From NCBI GenBank assembly GCA_963664115.2, contig CAXWPJ010000005.1, positions 1-64,000 of the forward strand: a stretch of 64,000 nt of DNA. Reading direction: 5' to 3'. Every line of letters begins with the position of its first letter. The first letter of the stretch is position 1. Source of the stretch: Terriglobia bacterium (GTDB lineage: Bacteria > Acidobacteriota > Terriglobia > 20CM-2-55-15). Both the position numbers and the translations under genes were made by a program. Of the stretch, positions 1 to 8,573 are shown piece after piece. The notes beneath the pieces are model-generated. The model saw only the letters and a list, made by a program, of their open reading frames with translations, did not search any database and was not told the origin of the DNA.

Positions 1-2494
1 CGAAGCGTCGGTTTTCGACTTCCTGGAGGTTGCGGGCCATGATCTGCTTTGTCTGGGCATCCAGATCCGTCCGTTGTGCGACCGCCCCAACCCGATCGCT
101 GAGTGTTTGCTGGGCTTCTTCAAGTGCAAGCTGTGCGTCCGATTCGGCCTGCTCTTCACCGGCCACCCTGTCGTCAAGGAAGCCACGAACCTGCGCCTCA
201 ACCCGTTCCAGCGTCCGGTGGCGGGCCCGTTTGCTCCGCAATGAAATGAACGCCGTATCGTCGGTCAGAAGATCCATCGCGTTCAGGAAGAACGTGACAT
301 TGTCAAAGCTCAGGTCTGCCGGTGCTTGCTGGCGTATCTGAAAGAACTGTTCGGAGACAAAGTCGATGTCGGCGACAACGATCACGTTGATTTCCCGGGT
401 GTCGGTCGAAGGCTCTGTGGTGTCGCTGGCTGCGTTTTGCTCCCTAACTTCTGCCTCGTCTTCGGGTATGGCTTCGGTGCCGCGAATGTGGGCGGCGAGA
501 ACGAAATCGCGCCCGTCAGGCCGGTGTGGCGCGTTCGGGTTAATCCGCATTCCGAATAGAGTCCTCTGGACAATCTGGACGTAGGGAAGCAAACCGGATT
601 GAAAGCCGGTTCGCACGAGCGGATGGAAGTCGAATCCCGAATTCGAAGCTTCGCTGATATGGCCCGGGTAGAGCAGAACCAACTCCTGCAGTTGTGAGCT
701 GCTCAGATTTTCGCGGTCGAACGTTAGTTCGTTCTCGTTACCCGGACCGACAAACACGATCTCCGGGGCCAGATGGGCCAGATCGGGATGCGGGTTGTAG
801 GAGTCCCAAACTATTTCCCCCGAATTCCAGTTGACTCCAAGGGCAGTCAGGAAACCCTGGATGTTTCCCTTTTCTTGCGGCGGCGGGCCCGTATTGCCTG
901 AGAATGGATTCGTATTGCCTCCCTGCTCGGAGGGCGCCAGCCCCACATTGACTATAGGCAGGGGATCCACCAACAGGAGCGCGGGTTTCCCGGTTTCGAT
1001 ATAGGCGCGGACCTGGTCCATTTCCTCCTGTGGCAGCGACGATGGCAGGATCACCAGAATCGCATCGAGATCGTCGTTGATGGGCCCGTCGGGCATGACC
1101 GTGACGATCTCGTACTGCTTCCTCAACTCGGCCACGACCGACCACTCCGTCGAGTTCTGCATCGTCTGGAAATCGATTCCACCCATGATTCGCAAACCAG
1201 TATCAACGATCCCGACTTTCTTGCGTTCGGTTTGTGCGACCACACGAATGCTGCGGGTCAGTTCGTATTCGGGCGAAAGACCACGATCGAGGAACGGAAT
1301 GACCTGTTCCCTCGCGCCGGAGGTGAAAGCCACACCGAGAAATACATCAGCAAGGCTCGATCGGGCGCTGGTCAGTGTGGGCACCTGTCGTGGAGTGATT
1401 CCGAACTTCTCTCTCGCATCCCTCGCTTCCTGTGTAAACGGTTCCGTTTCTTCGATCAGAACCTGGACGCGGGAACCTGCAATCGAGTCGACTTCACGAA
1501 GCAGCCCGATCAAGTTTTCGCGAGCCTGAACATACTGTTCAGGAACTTCCGGGCTCACATAAGCCTGGATAAAGACCGGCCTGTCCTCAGGAATTTCGGC
1601 GATGAGACTCCGTGTCTCGTCACTCAGGGAATGGAGTCGTTCGGCGGTGACATCCAGACGGATCGCGCCACGACCGATGACGGTGTTGACAGCCACCACG
1701 GCAACGATGAGGGCCGTCGCCCGGAGCGCATGGTGACCCCACATCGGCAGTCCATCGACACGGTGGGGCCAATGACGGCTGTCGAGCAGGAGGACATTGA
1801 AGTAGAGAGCCAGTGCACCAAGCGAAAAGAAATACAGAAGTCCAGAAAGGCTTACGATTCCCCGTGCAAAATCCTCAAAATGTCCTCCAACGCTGAGCGG
1901 AACGATCCATCGGCTCAGAGACTCGCTGAACGAGATCGCAAGTGGGCCAAATGCCAACACGGCCGAAAACGCTGCTCCTGCAACGAACGCCACGGTCGCG
2001 TTCGTTGTAAGAAGCGATGCCAACATGCCGACACCGATCATCGCCGCACCAACCAGCCAGTACCCCATGTAATTGCCGAACATCAATCCCAAGTCCGGGG
2101 AGCCCAGCCAGAAGAGAACGAGGACGTTGCTCAGCGAGAGAATCAGCGAGACGCTATATATGGCGAGCACGGCCAGGTACTTTCCGGCCACCACATCCAG
2201 ACTCGTTGCCGGCAGCGTGAGCAGGAGTTCATCGGTGGACTGCTTCTTTTCCTCCGACCAGACAGCCATCGTCAACGCCGGGATGAAGAACACCAGAAGG
2301 TACGGGAATACCATGTTCAGTTGATCGAGATTGGCGAGATTGGCCTGGAAAAACCGGTCTTGCCAGAACGCGCCAGCCGCGCTCAGGAAAATGAACAGCG
2401 TAATGACAACGTAGCCGGTGGGATTGGTAAAGTACTTCCACAGGTCCCGCCTGACCAGGGCGAGGATAAAACCTCCGTGAAGCTTGCTGGACAT
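1..2494 (-). CDS. ABC-2 type permease fused to GldG-like auxiliary transport domain (runs off the window)
   Basis: Read by eye on the minus strand: MSSKLHGGFILALVRRDLWKYFTNPTGYVVITLF...PALTMAVWSEEKKQSTDELLLTLP..., with multiple TM segments. GGAGAGG RBS upstream, directly after the ABC ATPase. Absent from the ORF track, consistent with no stop inside the window. Confidence 0.8.
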   Translation of the reverse strand, partial: MSSKLHGGFILALVRRDLWKYFTNPTGYVVITLFIFLSAAGAFWQDRFFQANLANLDQLNMVFPYLLVFFIPALTMAVWSEEKKQSTDELLLTLPATSLDVVAGKYLAVLAIYSVSLILSLSNVLVLFWLGSPDLGLMFGNYMGYWLVGAAMIGVGMLASLLTTNATVAFVAGAAFSAVLAFGPLAISFSESLSRWIVPLSVGGHFEDFARGIVSLSGLLYFFSLGALALYFNVLLLDSRHWPHRVDGLPMWGHHALRATALIVAVVAVNTVIGRGAIRLDVTAERLHSLSDETRSLIAEIPEDRPVFIQAYVSPEVPEQYVQARENLIGLLREVDSIAGSRVQVLIEETEPFTQEARDAREKFGITPRQVPTLTSARSSLADVFLGVAFTSGAREQVIPFLDRGLSPEYELTRSIRVVAQTERKKVGIVDTGLRIMGGIDFQTMQNSTEWSVVAELRKQYEIVTVMPDGPINDDLDAILVILPSSLPQEEMDQVRAYIETGKPALLLVDPLPIVNVGLAPSEQGGNTNPFSGNTGPPPQEKGNIQGFLTALGVNWNSGEIVWDSYNPHPDLAHLAPEIVFVGPGNENELTFDRENLSSSQLQELVLLYPGHISEASNSGFDFHPLVRTGFQSGLLPYVQIVQRTLFGMRINPNAPHRPDGRDFVLAAHIRGTEAIPEDEAEVREQNAASDTTEPSTDTREINVIVVADIDFVSEQFFQIRQQAPADLSFDNVTFFLNAMDLLTDDTAFISLRSKRARHRTLERVEAQVRGFLDDRVAGEEQAESDAQLALEEAQQTLSDRVGAVAQRTDLDAQTKQIMARNLQEVENRRF

Positions 2495-2516
2495 GTTCTG
2501 CCTCTCCTTGGTTTAC

Positions 2517-3299
2517 CTAAGCGTTTTTACCCGCCTGATTCGACGGCGCGTCGTTCGGCGGAAGAGTCGTCATCCGGTAGAAAGGTTCTTCGAGTGAACC
2601 GTCTTTCTTGAGCTCCTCCAGACCGCCGTCGAAAATCAACCTCCCGTCGTTGATGAACAGCACACGGTCAGCAACGGCGTCGACTTCCTGCAGGATGTGC
2701 GTGGATATGAGAATCGTTGTCGTTCGTCCGAGTTCAATGATGTTTTCCCGGAAGATACGCAGTTGGTTGGGGTCCAACCCGACCGTGGGTTCGTCCAGAA
2801 TCAGGACATCAGGGTCGTGAATCAAGGCCTGTGCCAAGCCGACACGCTGGCGATACCCCTTCGATAGCTTGCCGATCGGTTTGTCGAGCACTGTATCGAG
2901 CGAATAGCGTAACGCAACGACGTTGATCCGACGTTCAAGGTCCGGAGAGATCAGCCCCCGCGCTTGCCCGAAAAATCGGAGCAGTTCCAGGGGTGTCATG
3001 TCGAGATATAGAGGGCCGTTTTCTGGCAGGTATCCAAGCCGTTGTAAGGCCTCAATCCGACTCGTATGAACATCGTGGCCGGCAATCAATGCGCGTCCTC
3101 GGCTAGGAGCCATGTAACCGGTCAGAATCTTCATGGCCGTAGACTTGCCGGCTCCATTAGGACCCAGGAACGCAACAATTTGTCCCCGCGGGATCGTGAA
3201 CGAAATGTTTTCGATCGCGACGAACGGACCAAAGTATTTCGTCAGCTCCTTGGCCTCGATCATCGGCTGTGTGTCGCTATTTTTTGAACTCGCTGCCAT
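2517..3299 (-). CDS. ABC transporter ATP-binding protein (GldA-like)
   Basis: Walker A GPNGAGKST, signature LSKGYRQR, Walker B ILDEPT, H-loop STH. Confidence 0.92.
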   Translation of the reverse strand: MAASSKNSDTQPMIEAKELTKYFGPFVAIENISFTIPRGQIVAFLGPNGAGKSTAMKILTGYMAPSRGRALIAGHDVHTSRIEALQRLGYLPENGPLYLDMTPLELLRFFGQARGLISPDLERRINVVALRYSLDTVLDKPIGKLSKGYRQRVGLAQALIHDPDVLILDEPTVGLDPNQLRIFRENIIELGRTTTILISTHILQEVDAVADRVLFINDGRLIFDGGLEELKKDGSLEEPFYRMTTLPPNDAPSNQAGKNA

Positions 3300-3819
3300 G
3301 CGTATGAAGCCTCCCGATATGCCGGAACGAAAGCTACTGCCCGTTCCCTCAATCACTGGTGGCCGATTCCGCCAAGATTTTCATTGCTGACGCCTGAAGG
3401 GCCTCGTCCAACAGGTCTTCTTCCTGACACGTGACCGCAGCCAAGTTCGACAGCCGTCGCCAGCTTGCAATCGAACTATCGAAATGGCCTATAGATTCCC
3501 CTCTGCACGGATGGGGCAATCATGGATCTTCCGATGCTGCCAGCCTTGGAAACGGATTCGCGCCGAATCCGATCTAGTGCAGCCAGTTGGTTGCGGAGTT
3601 GATGAACCTACTGGCATGGCCGAACCCTAAACAGCTCGGAGACGCCGTAATCGTCGAGACCATTGGGCCGCTCTTTAATCACGTCGATAACCTTCTCCTA
3701 TTTGGTGCAAACCGACTCCTGAGTGTCACCATACTGCCTCCGGGCGCTTCCGCCCATCTTTTCCCTTGGATCCAAGCCTACAATATCTTCCGGTCAGAAT
3801 TCCATAGAGACAGCGGCGC

Positions 3820-4263
3820 ATGACCTCAAGTGAGGAAGACTCCGAACCCGAATTGCTGTTGCGGAGTGAATTCACCGAGACCAATGTCCAATTATCACCC
3901 GACCGAAGTTGGGTGGCGCATCAGTACAATGAATCGGGTCAACCCAAGATCCATGTCCAACGGTTTCGGAAAGTGGACGATGGGCGGTTGAAGGTTTCAA
4001 ACGCCGGTGGAGTTTTTCCTCTATGGTTAGGTGATGGACAGAAGCTGTTTTACCTGGCAGCCGGACCTGCCCTCCTTATATATATAGCCGTACCTGTTGA
4101 GATGGACCCTGCGTTTGACGCCCAAAATCCTCTAGAGCTGTTTAAGTGGCTGTACTTCAAGGCAGATGAGGGTCGGACCTACGACGTGTCTCCAAACGGC
4201 CAGCGCTTTCTCGCCATCAATCCGGTTCCTCTTGAAACCGACGCAGATGCCTCGCTTCCGGAT
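3820..4263 (+). pseudogene. C-terminal TolB-like propeller remnant of a Ser/Thr kinase paralog, cut by IS1380
   Basis: LSPDRSWVAHQYNESG and YDVSPNGQRFL resemble the last blades of 8574-11282. No kinase domain upstream. Confidence 0.7.
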
Positions 4264-4267
4264 CTAG

Positions 4268-6116
4268 TCCCTGAACAAGCGTGATTGACGAGGAAATGAT
4301 AGTGCAATAAGAGCGGAAGTACCCGAAATGCCCCGTCTCCGTGCGAAAAAAACCTTGAACAGATTCTTCGGAAAAGGAGGCATTTCAGATGAACGATTAT
4401 ACGCGCAAGAACATGAGGAACCGCAAGCGGCGAATCGAACGTCGGCTTGGGGACCGGCATTGGACGGATCAGGTAGAGCCGATGTTTTCGGCGAGCAACA
4501 TTCAGTACGAGATGGGAGAGCGGACGCGGGGCACATCGGTTGGTGGTATCGGGACGATGCAACTGGTGGCGCGGCGGACCGGGCTGATCGAAGCCATCGA
4601 CAAGGGCGTGCATGTGTTGAAGCGGCACCTGCCGTATCACGAGTCGGATCACGTGCTGAACATCGCCTACAACGCCTTGAGCGGAGGAACGTGCCTGGAA
4701 GACATCGAACTGCGGCGCAACGATGCGGTGTATCTGGATGCGCTGGGAGCGCAACGGATTCCGGATCCGACGACGGCGGGAGACTTCTGCCGGAGATTCG
4801 AGGCCGACGACGTGGAGTGTCTGATGGAGGCAACCAATCAAGTCCGGCTCGGAGTCTGGCGACAGCAACCGGCGGCGTTTTTCGAAGAAGCGGTGTTGGA
4901 CGCGGACGGGACACTGGCCGAAACCACGGGGGAATGCAAGCAAGGGATGGACGTGGCCTACGACGGGACGTGGGGATATCACCCGCTGATGATCTCGCTG
5001 GCCAACACCGCCGAACCGCTGTATCTGGTCAATCGTAGCGGCAACCGGCCGTCGCATGAAGGAGCCGCGGTCCGGTTCGACCAAGCCATCGCATTGTGCC
5101 GGCATGCGGGGTTTCGCCAGATCCTGCTGCGCGGGGACACGGACTTCAGCCAGACCCGGCATCTGGACGGATGGGACGACCAGCAGGTGGGTTTCATATT
5201 CGGGATTGACGCGATGGCGAACCTGAAGGCCCGGGCCGATGAACTGGAGCCGCGCCAGTGGAAGCGCCTGGAACGGCCCGCGAAATACGACGTGGCGACC
5301 GAACCGCGCCAACGTCCCGACAACGTGAAGGAAGAGATCGTTCGGCAGCGCGGTTTCGACAATATCCGCTTGCAGGGTGAGGATGTGGCCGAGTTTCGGT
5401 ATCGACCCGGAGCCTGCGATCGGGACTACCGTGTCGTCGTGGTGCGGAAGAATCTGTCGGTGGCCAAAGGAGAGCAGGTGTTGTTTGACGACATCCGGTA
5501 CTTCTTCTACATTACCAACCGTTCGGATCCGGCCGACCAGATTGTGATGCGTGCCAATCAACGGTGCAATCAGGAGAATCTCATTGAGCAGTTGAAGAAC
5601 GGCGTTCAGGCGTTGCGGATGCCGGTCGGAGATCAGACCAGCAACTGGGCCTACATGGTGATCGCGTCACTGGCCTGGACACTGAAAGCGTGGTTTGCAT
5701 TGCTGCTTCCCGAAACCGGACGTTGGGGCCAAAAATATCAGGCTGAGAAGCAAACCGTGCTGCGCATGGAGTTCAAAACCTTCTTGAACGCTTTCATGCT
5801 TGTGCCGTGCCAACTCGTGCGCACCGGGCGGCGCATTCTGTTCCGGATCCTGGCCTGGAACCGGTGGTTGCCGGTCTTGTTCCGCGGGGTGGATGTGTTG
5901 CGTCAGCCTCTGCGATGTTGACCCGATCATGACTCTGAGCCCGGGCGATCGAGGTCCCGGTTTCTGTCAACCGTCCAACACCAGCGAGGCTGAACTGAAA
6001 CAGATTCAACAGAAACTCGATACCTGGAACAGGCCATCCGGGAACGGGATTCTATGCCTCGAATTCTATCGGCGCGAACTGGGCCTCGGCGGACTGGTTA
6101 TGCGCTTGTTTTGGGG
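4268..6116 (+). mobile_element. IS1380-family element, copy 1
   Basis: Ends CCCTGAACAAGCG / CGCTTGTTTTGGG, flanked by CTAG on both sides. Near-identical to 14876-16724. Confidence 0.9.
4389..5921 (+). CDS. IS1380-family DDE transposase
   Basis: 510 aa; LDADGT, LRGDTDF, ENLIEQLKNG motifs. Confidence 0.9.
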   Translation: MNDYTRKNMRNRKRRIERRLGDRHWTDQVEPMFSASNIQYEMGERTRGTSVGGIGTMQLVARRTGLIEAIDKGVHVLKRHLPYHESDHVLNIAYNALSGGTCLEDIELRRNDAVYLDALGAQRIPDPTTAGDFCRRFEADDVECLMEATNQVRLGVWRQQPAAFFEEAVLDADGTLAETTGECKQGMDVAYDGTWGYHPLMISLANTAEPLYLVNRSGNRPSHEGAAVRFDQAIALCRHAGFRQILLRGDTDFSQTRHLDGWDDQQVGFIFGIDAMANLKARADELEPRQWKRLERPAKYDVATEPRQRPDNVKEEIVRQRGFDNIRLQGEDVAEFRYRPGACDRDYRVVVVRKNLSVAKGEQVLFDDIRYFFYITNRSDPADQIVMRANQRCNQENLIEQLKNGVQALRMPVGDQTSNWAYMVIASLAWTLKAWFALLLPETGRWGQKYQAEKQTVLRMEFKTFLNAFMLVPCQLVRTGRRILFRILAWNRWLPVLFRGVDVLRQPLRC

Positions 6117-6474
6117 CTAGTGGGGTGCGACAAAAGTTCCATCGACCAGCCTAGGAGGTTTAAGCCCCGCGCACTGGGACTCTGCCGGGTGATTCCATCA
6201 CTGCACTCACAAGCGTGCTTGACGTCACCCGCTGTGGGACTCTATTCTGACGTGGCGTCTGTCGTCGCAAAGCAATACCAACGCGGCGAACCTACCTAGG
6301 AGCGTCCCGGAGAAATAGTCCGGGGACCTCGGCAGTCACCGACAGCAAAGGGGACAAGTGTCCCATACCGCAATCAGGGCGGACCGCAGTGAGATCCGTC
6401 CCGCCGGTTTCGGCGTTCTTCCGATTATCGTCACGTCGCAATACGTGGTTCTTAATTTGGTACGAGGGGTGAAC

Positions 6475-7797
6475 ATGAAGTGTTTAATCATCGCGGCCGG
6501 GAAAGGCAGTCGGCTACAGCCGAACGGTGATACCAAACCCCTCATTCCAATTTTGGGGGTTCCCCTGATCGAACGTGTCATTCGCTCTTCTCGGAGGGCC
6601 GGGGCAGATGAGTTTTTGGTGGTTACCGGATATCACGGCGACCGGATTTGTAGTTTCTTAGATGATCTGAGCGGCCGCTCGGGCATTCCCATCACCTGCA
6701 TAGTCAACGAGGCTTGGGAGAAGGAGAACGGCCTTTCGGTGCTCAGAGCCCGGGAATGTTTGCATGAACCCTTCCTAATGACGATGGCAGACCATCTGTT
6801 TGACCCGTCCATTGTCCGGAAACTGCTGGATCTTTCTGTAGCCGATGGCGAAATCGCGCTCGGTGTGGACCGGAACACTCATAATTCCCTCATCGATCTG
6901 GACGATGTCACCCGGGTGAAGACCGTAGGTAGTCAGATCGAAAATATCGGAAAGAGTCTGACGGATTTCAATGGCTTCGACACCGGCATCTTCTTATCCA
7001 CTCCCGCGATTTTTGGAGCCCTGGAGCGTTGCGCGGAGGAATCCGGCGATACGAGCCTGTCTGGGGCAGTGCAGATTCTCGCTACGGAAGGCCGGGCCAA
7101 AGCGGTCGATGTTAGTGGTCGATTTTGGATCGATGTCGATGATCCTAAATCCTTCACCAAAGGTGAACACGCTCTGCTGGCCAACTTACGGGACAAACCC
7201 AGCGACGGTCCCGTCTCGCGGTACTTGAACCGACCGCTGTCCGCAAGGCTTTCTCGGCGATTGGTCAACTACAGTGTCACCCCCAATCAAATTTCGCTCT
7301 TTTCTTTCCTCTTTTCTGTGCTGGCGGCCAGCTTGTTCGCACTGGGCGGATATCCCGCCCTGGTGATTGGTGGGTTTCTGGCGCAGTTCGCCTCGGTCAT
7401 CGACGGTTGCGATGGCGAAATTGCGCGGCTCAAGTTCCAGGAGAGCTCTTACGGCGGGTGGTTCGATGCCGTGCTGGACCGCTATGCGGACGCCTTGCTG
7501 CTTTTGGGTCTCACCTGGCACGCCTATGCAGCCAGTACAAATAGCCTCGTCCTGCTGATCGGATTTATGGCGATTATCGGTTCCTTCATGGTGAGCTATA
7601 CGGCGGACAAATACGACGGCCTCATGCAGGACCGCATCCGCCAGGGTAAAGGATTCCGTTTGGGTCGCGATGTCCGGGTCTTGCTAATTCTTCTCGGTGC
7701 ACTGTTGAACCAGGTTACTTTGACGTTGGTGGTCATTGCTACGGTGATGAACATGGAAACAATACGCCGCCTCGTTATTTGTCGGGACCATGAATAG
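6475..7797 (+). CDS. Bifunctional nucleotidyltransferase / CDP-alcohol phosphotransferase (IPCT/DIPPS-like)
   Basis: N-terminal IIAAGKGSRL...KPL NTP-transferase motif; C-terminal DGCDGEIAR...GGWFDAVLD CDP-alcohol phosphotransferase motif with TM helices. GAGGGG RBS. Confidence 0.85.
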   Translation: MKCLIIAAGKGSRLQPNGDTKPLIPILGVPLIERVIRSSRRAGADEFLVVTGYHGDRICSFLDDLSGRSGIPITCIVNEAWEKENGLSVLRARECLHEPFLMTMADHLFDPSIVRKLLDLSVADGEIALGVDRNTHNSLIDLDDVTRVKTVGSQIENIGKSLTDFNGFDTGIFLSTPAIFGALERCAEESGDTSLSGAVQILATEGRAKAVDVSGRFWIDVDDPKSFTKGEHALLANLRDKPSDGPVSRYLNRPLSARLSRRLVNYSVTPNQISLFSFLFSVLAASLFALGGYPALVIGGFLAQFASVIDGCDGEIARLKFQESSYGGWFDAVLDRYADALLLLGLTWHAYAASTNSLVLLIGFMAIIGSFMVSYTADKYDGLMQDRIRQGKGFRLGRDVRVLLILLGALLNQVTLTLVVIATVMNMETIRRLVICRDHE

Positions 7798-8401
7798 CAT
7801 AGAATGTGCTAAGCGAAGAGTCCGTGCGACGATCGCCGGCTCCAAGATCCCGGAAGATCCCCGCCATGCAGAAAACACGCTGGAGTGGCTGTTAAGGCTT
7901 GATCCCAAGGCCGGGCAGGCGTTGCAGATCGCCGCTCTCAGTCATGATATTGATCGGGCTATAGAGGACCGAAAAGTGCGGCGCGGCGATTTCGGTGACT
8001 ATGACGCATTCAAGGCCGCTCATGCACGCAACGGGGCAAGGATTCTGCGAACCATCCTGGACGAATGCGGTGTCGATCAGCCCACCAAGGACGAGGCATG
8101 TCGGTTGGTAATACGTCATGAAGTCGGAGGTGATCTGAGTTCGGATCTCCTTAAAGACGCAGATAGTATTTCTTTTTTCGACATCAATGTGCCTTTCTAC
8201 TACCAACGCGAAGGGTGGGAGGAAACCAAACGACGCTGCATTTGGGGATATCGCCGTCTCTCAGTCCGGGTGAAAGAACTCGCAAATGGCATCACGTTTG
8301 AAGATGACACGCTGACACGGTTGTTAGCGGAGGCAATGCGAGAATTTGATCTGAAGGCAAAACCCGGCAGACTGCCCGTTCAAGATCGGAGACCGGGTTG
8401 A
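7790..8401 (+). CDS. HD-domain protein (DUF4202-like)
   Basis: H...HDIDR...HA...HE...DAD pattern; overlaps the upstream stop codon. Confidence 0.7.
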   Translation: MNSIECAKRRVRATIAGSKIPEDPRHAENTLEWLLRLDPKAGQALQIAALSHDIDRAIEDRKVRRGDFGDYDAFKAAHARNGARILRTILDECGVDQPTKDEACRLVIRHEVGGDLSSDLLKDADSISFFDINVPFYYQREGWEETKRRCIWGYRRLSVRVKELANGITFEDDTLTRLLAEAMREFDLKAKPGRLPVQDRRPG

Positions 8402-8413
8402 GGCAGTTCAAGA

Positions 8414-8453
8414 CTAGTTTGAAGAACTGAATGAGCGCGTGCCGGTTCCCTGA
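8414..8453 (+). repeat. Orphan kinase 3' tail (FEELNERVPVP*)
   Basis: CTAGTTTGAAGAACTGAATGAGCGCGTGCCGGTTCCCTGA matches the last 40 nt of the kinase 8574-11282. Confidence 0.85.
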
Positions 8454-8462
8454 TTTTGAAGG

Positions 8463-8501
8463 TCGAGTCCTGAGAAATCATCTTCTCGGACCTTGAGAAT
8501 T
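8463..8501 (+). repeat. Putative recombination site (pseudo-palindrome, ATCATC spacer)
   Basis: TCGAGTCCTGAGAA-ATCATC-TTCTCGGACCTTGAGAATT; starts 9 nt after the tail stop codon. Confidence 0.8.
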
Positions 8502-8573
8502 CATTGCCTGCTGTCCCACTCCTTCTATAGACTGCCCCCAGCCTTCTAAACACTGTTCTAGCAGCCCGTAATT

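Noticed and set aside
1232-2611. 459-aa plus-strand ORF and similar long antisense ORFs (4179-5561, 15431-16750, 49842-50846)
   Set aside because: Shadow frames opposite well-supported genes in GC-rich DNA.
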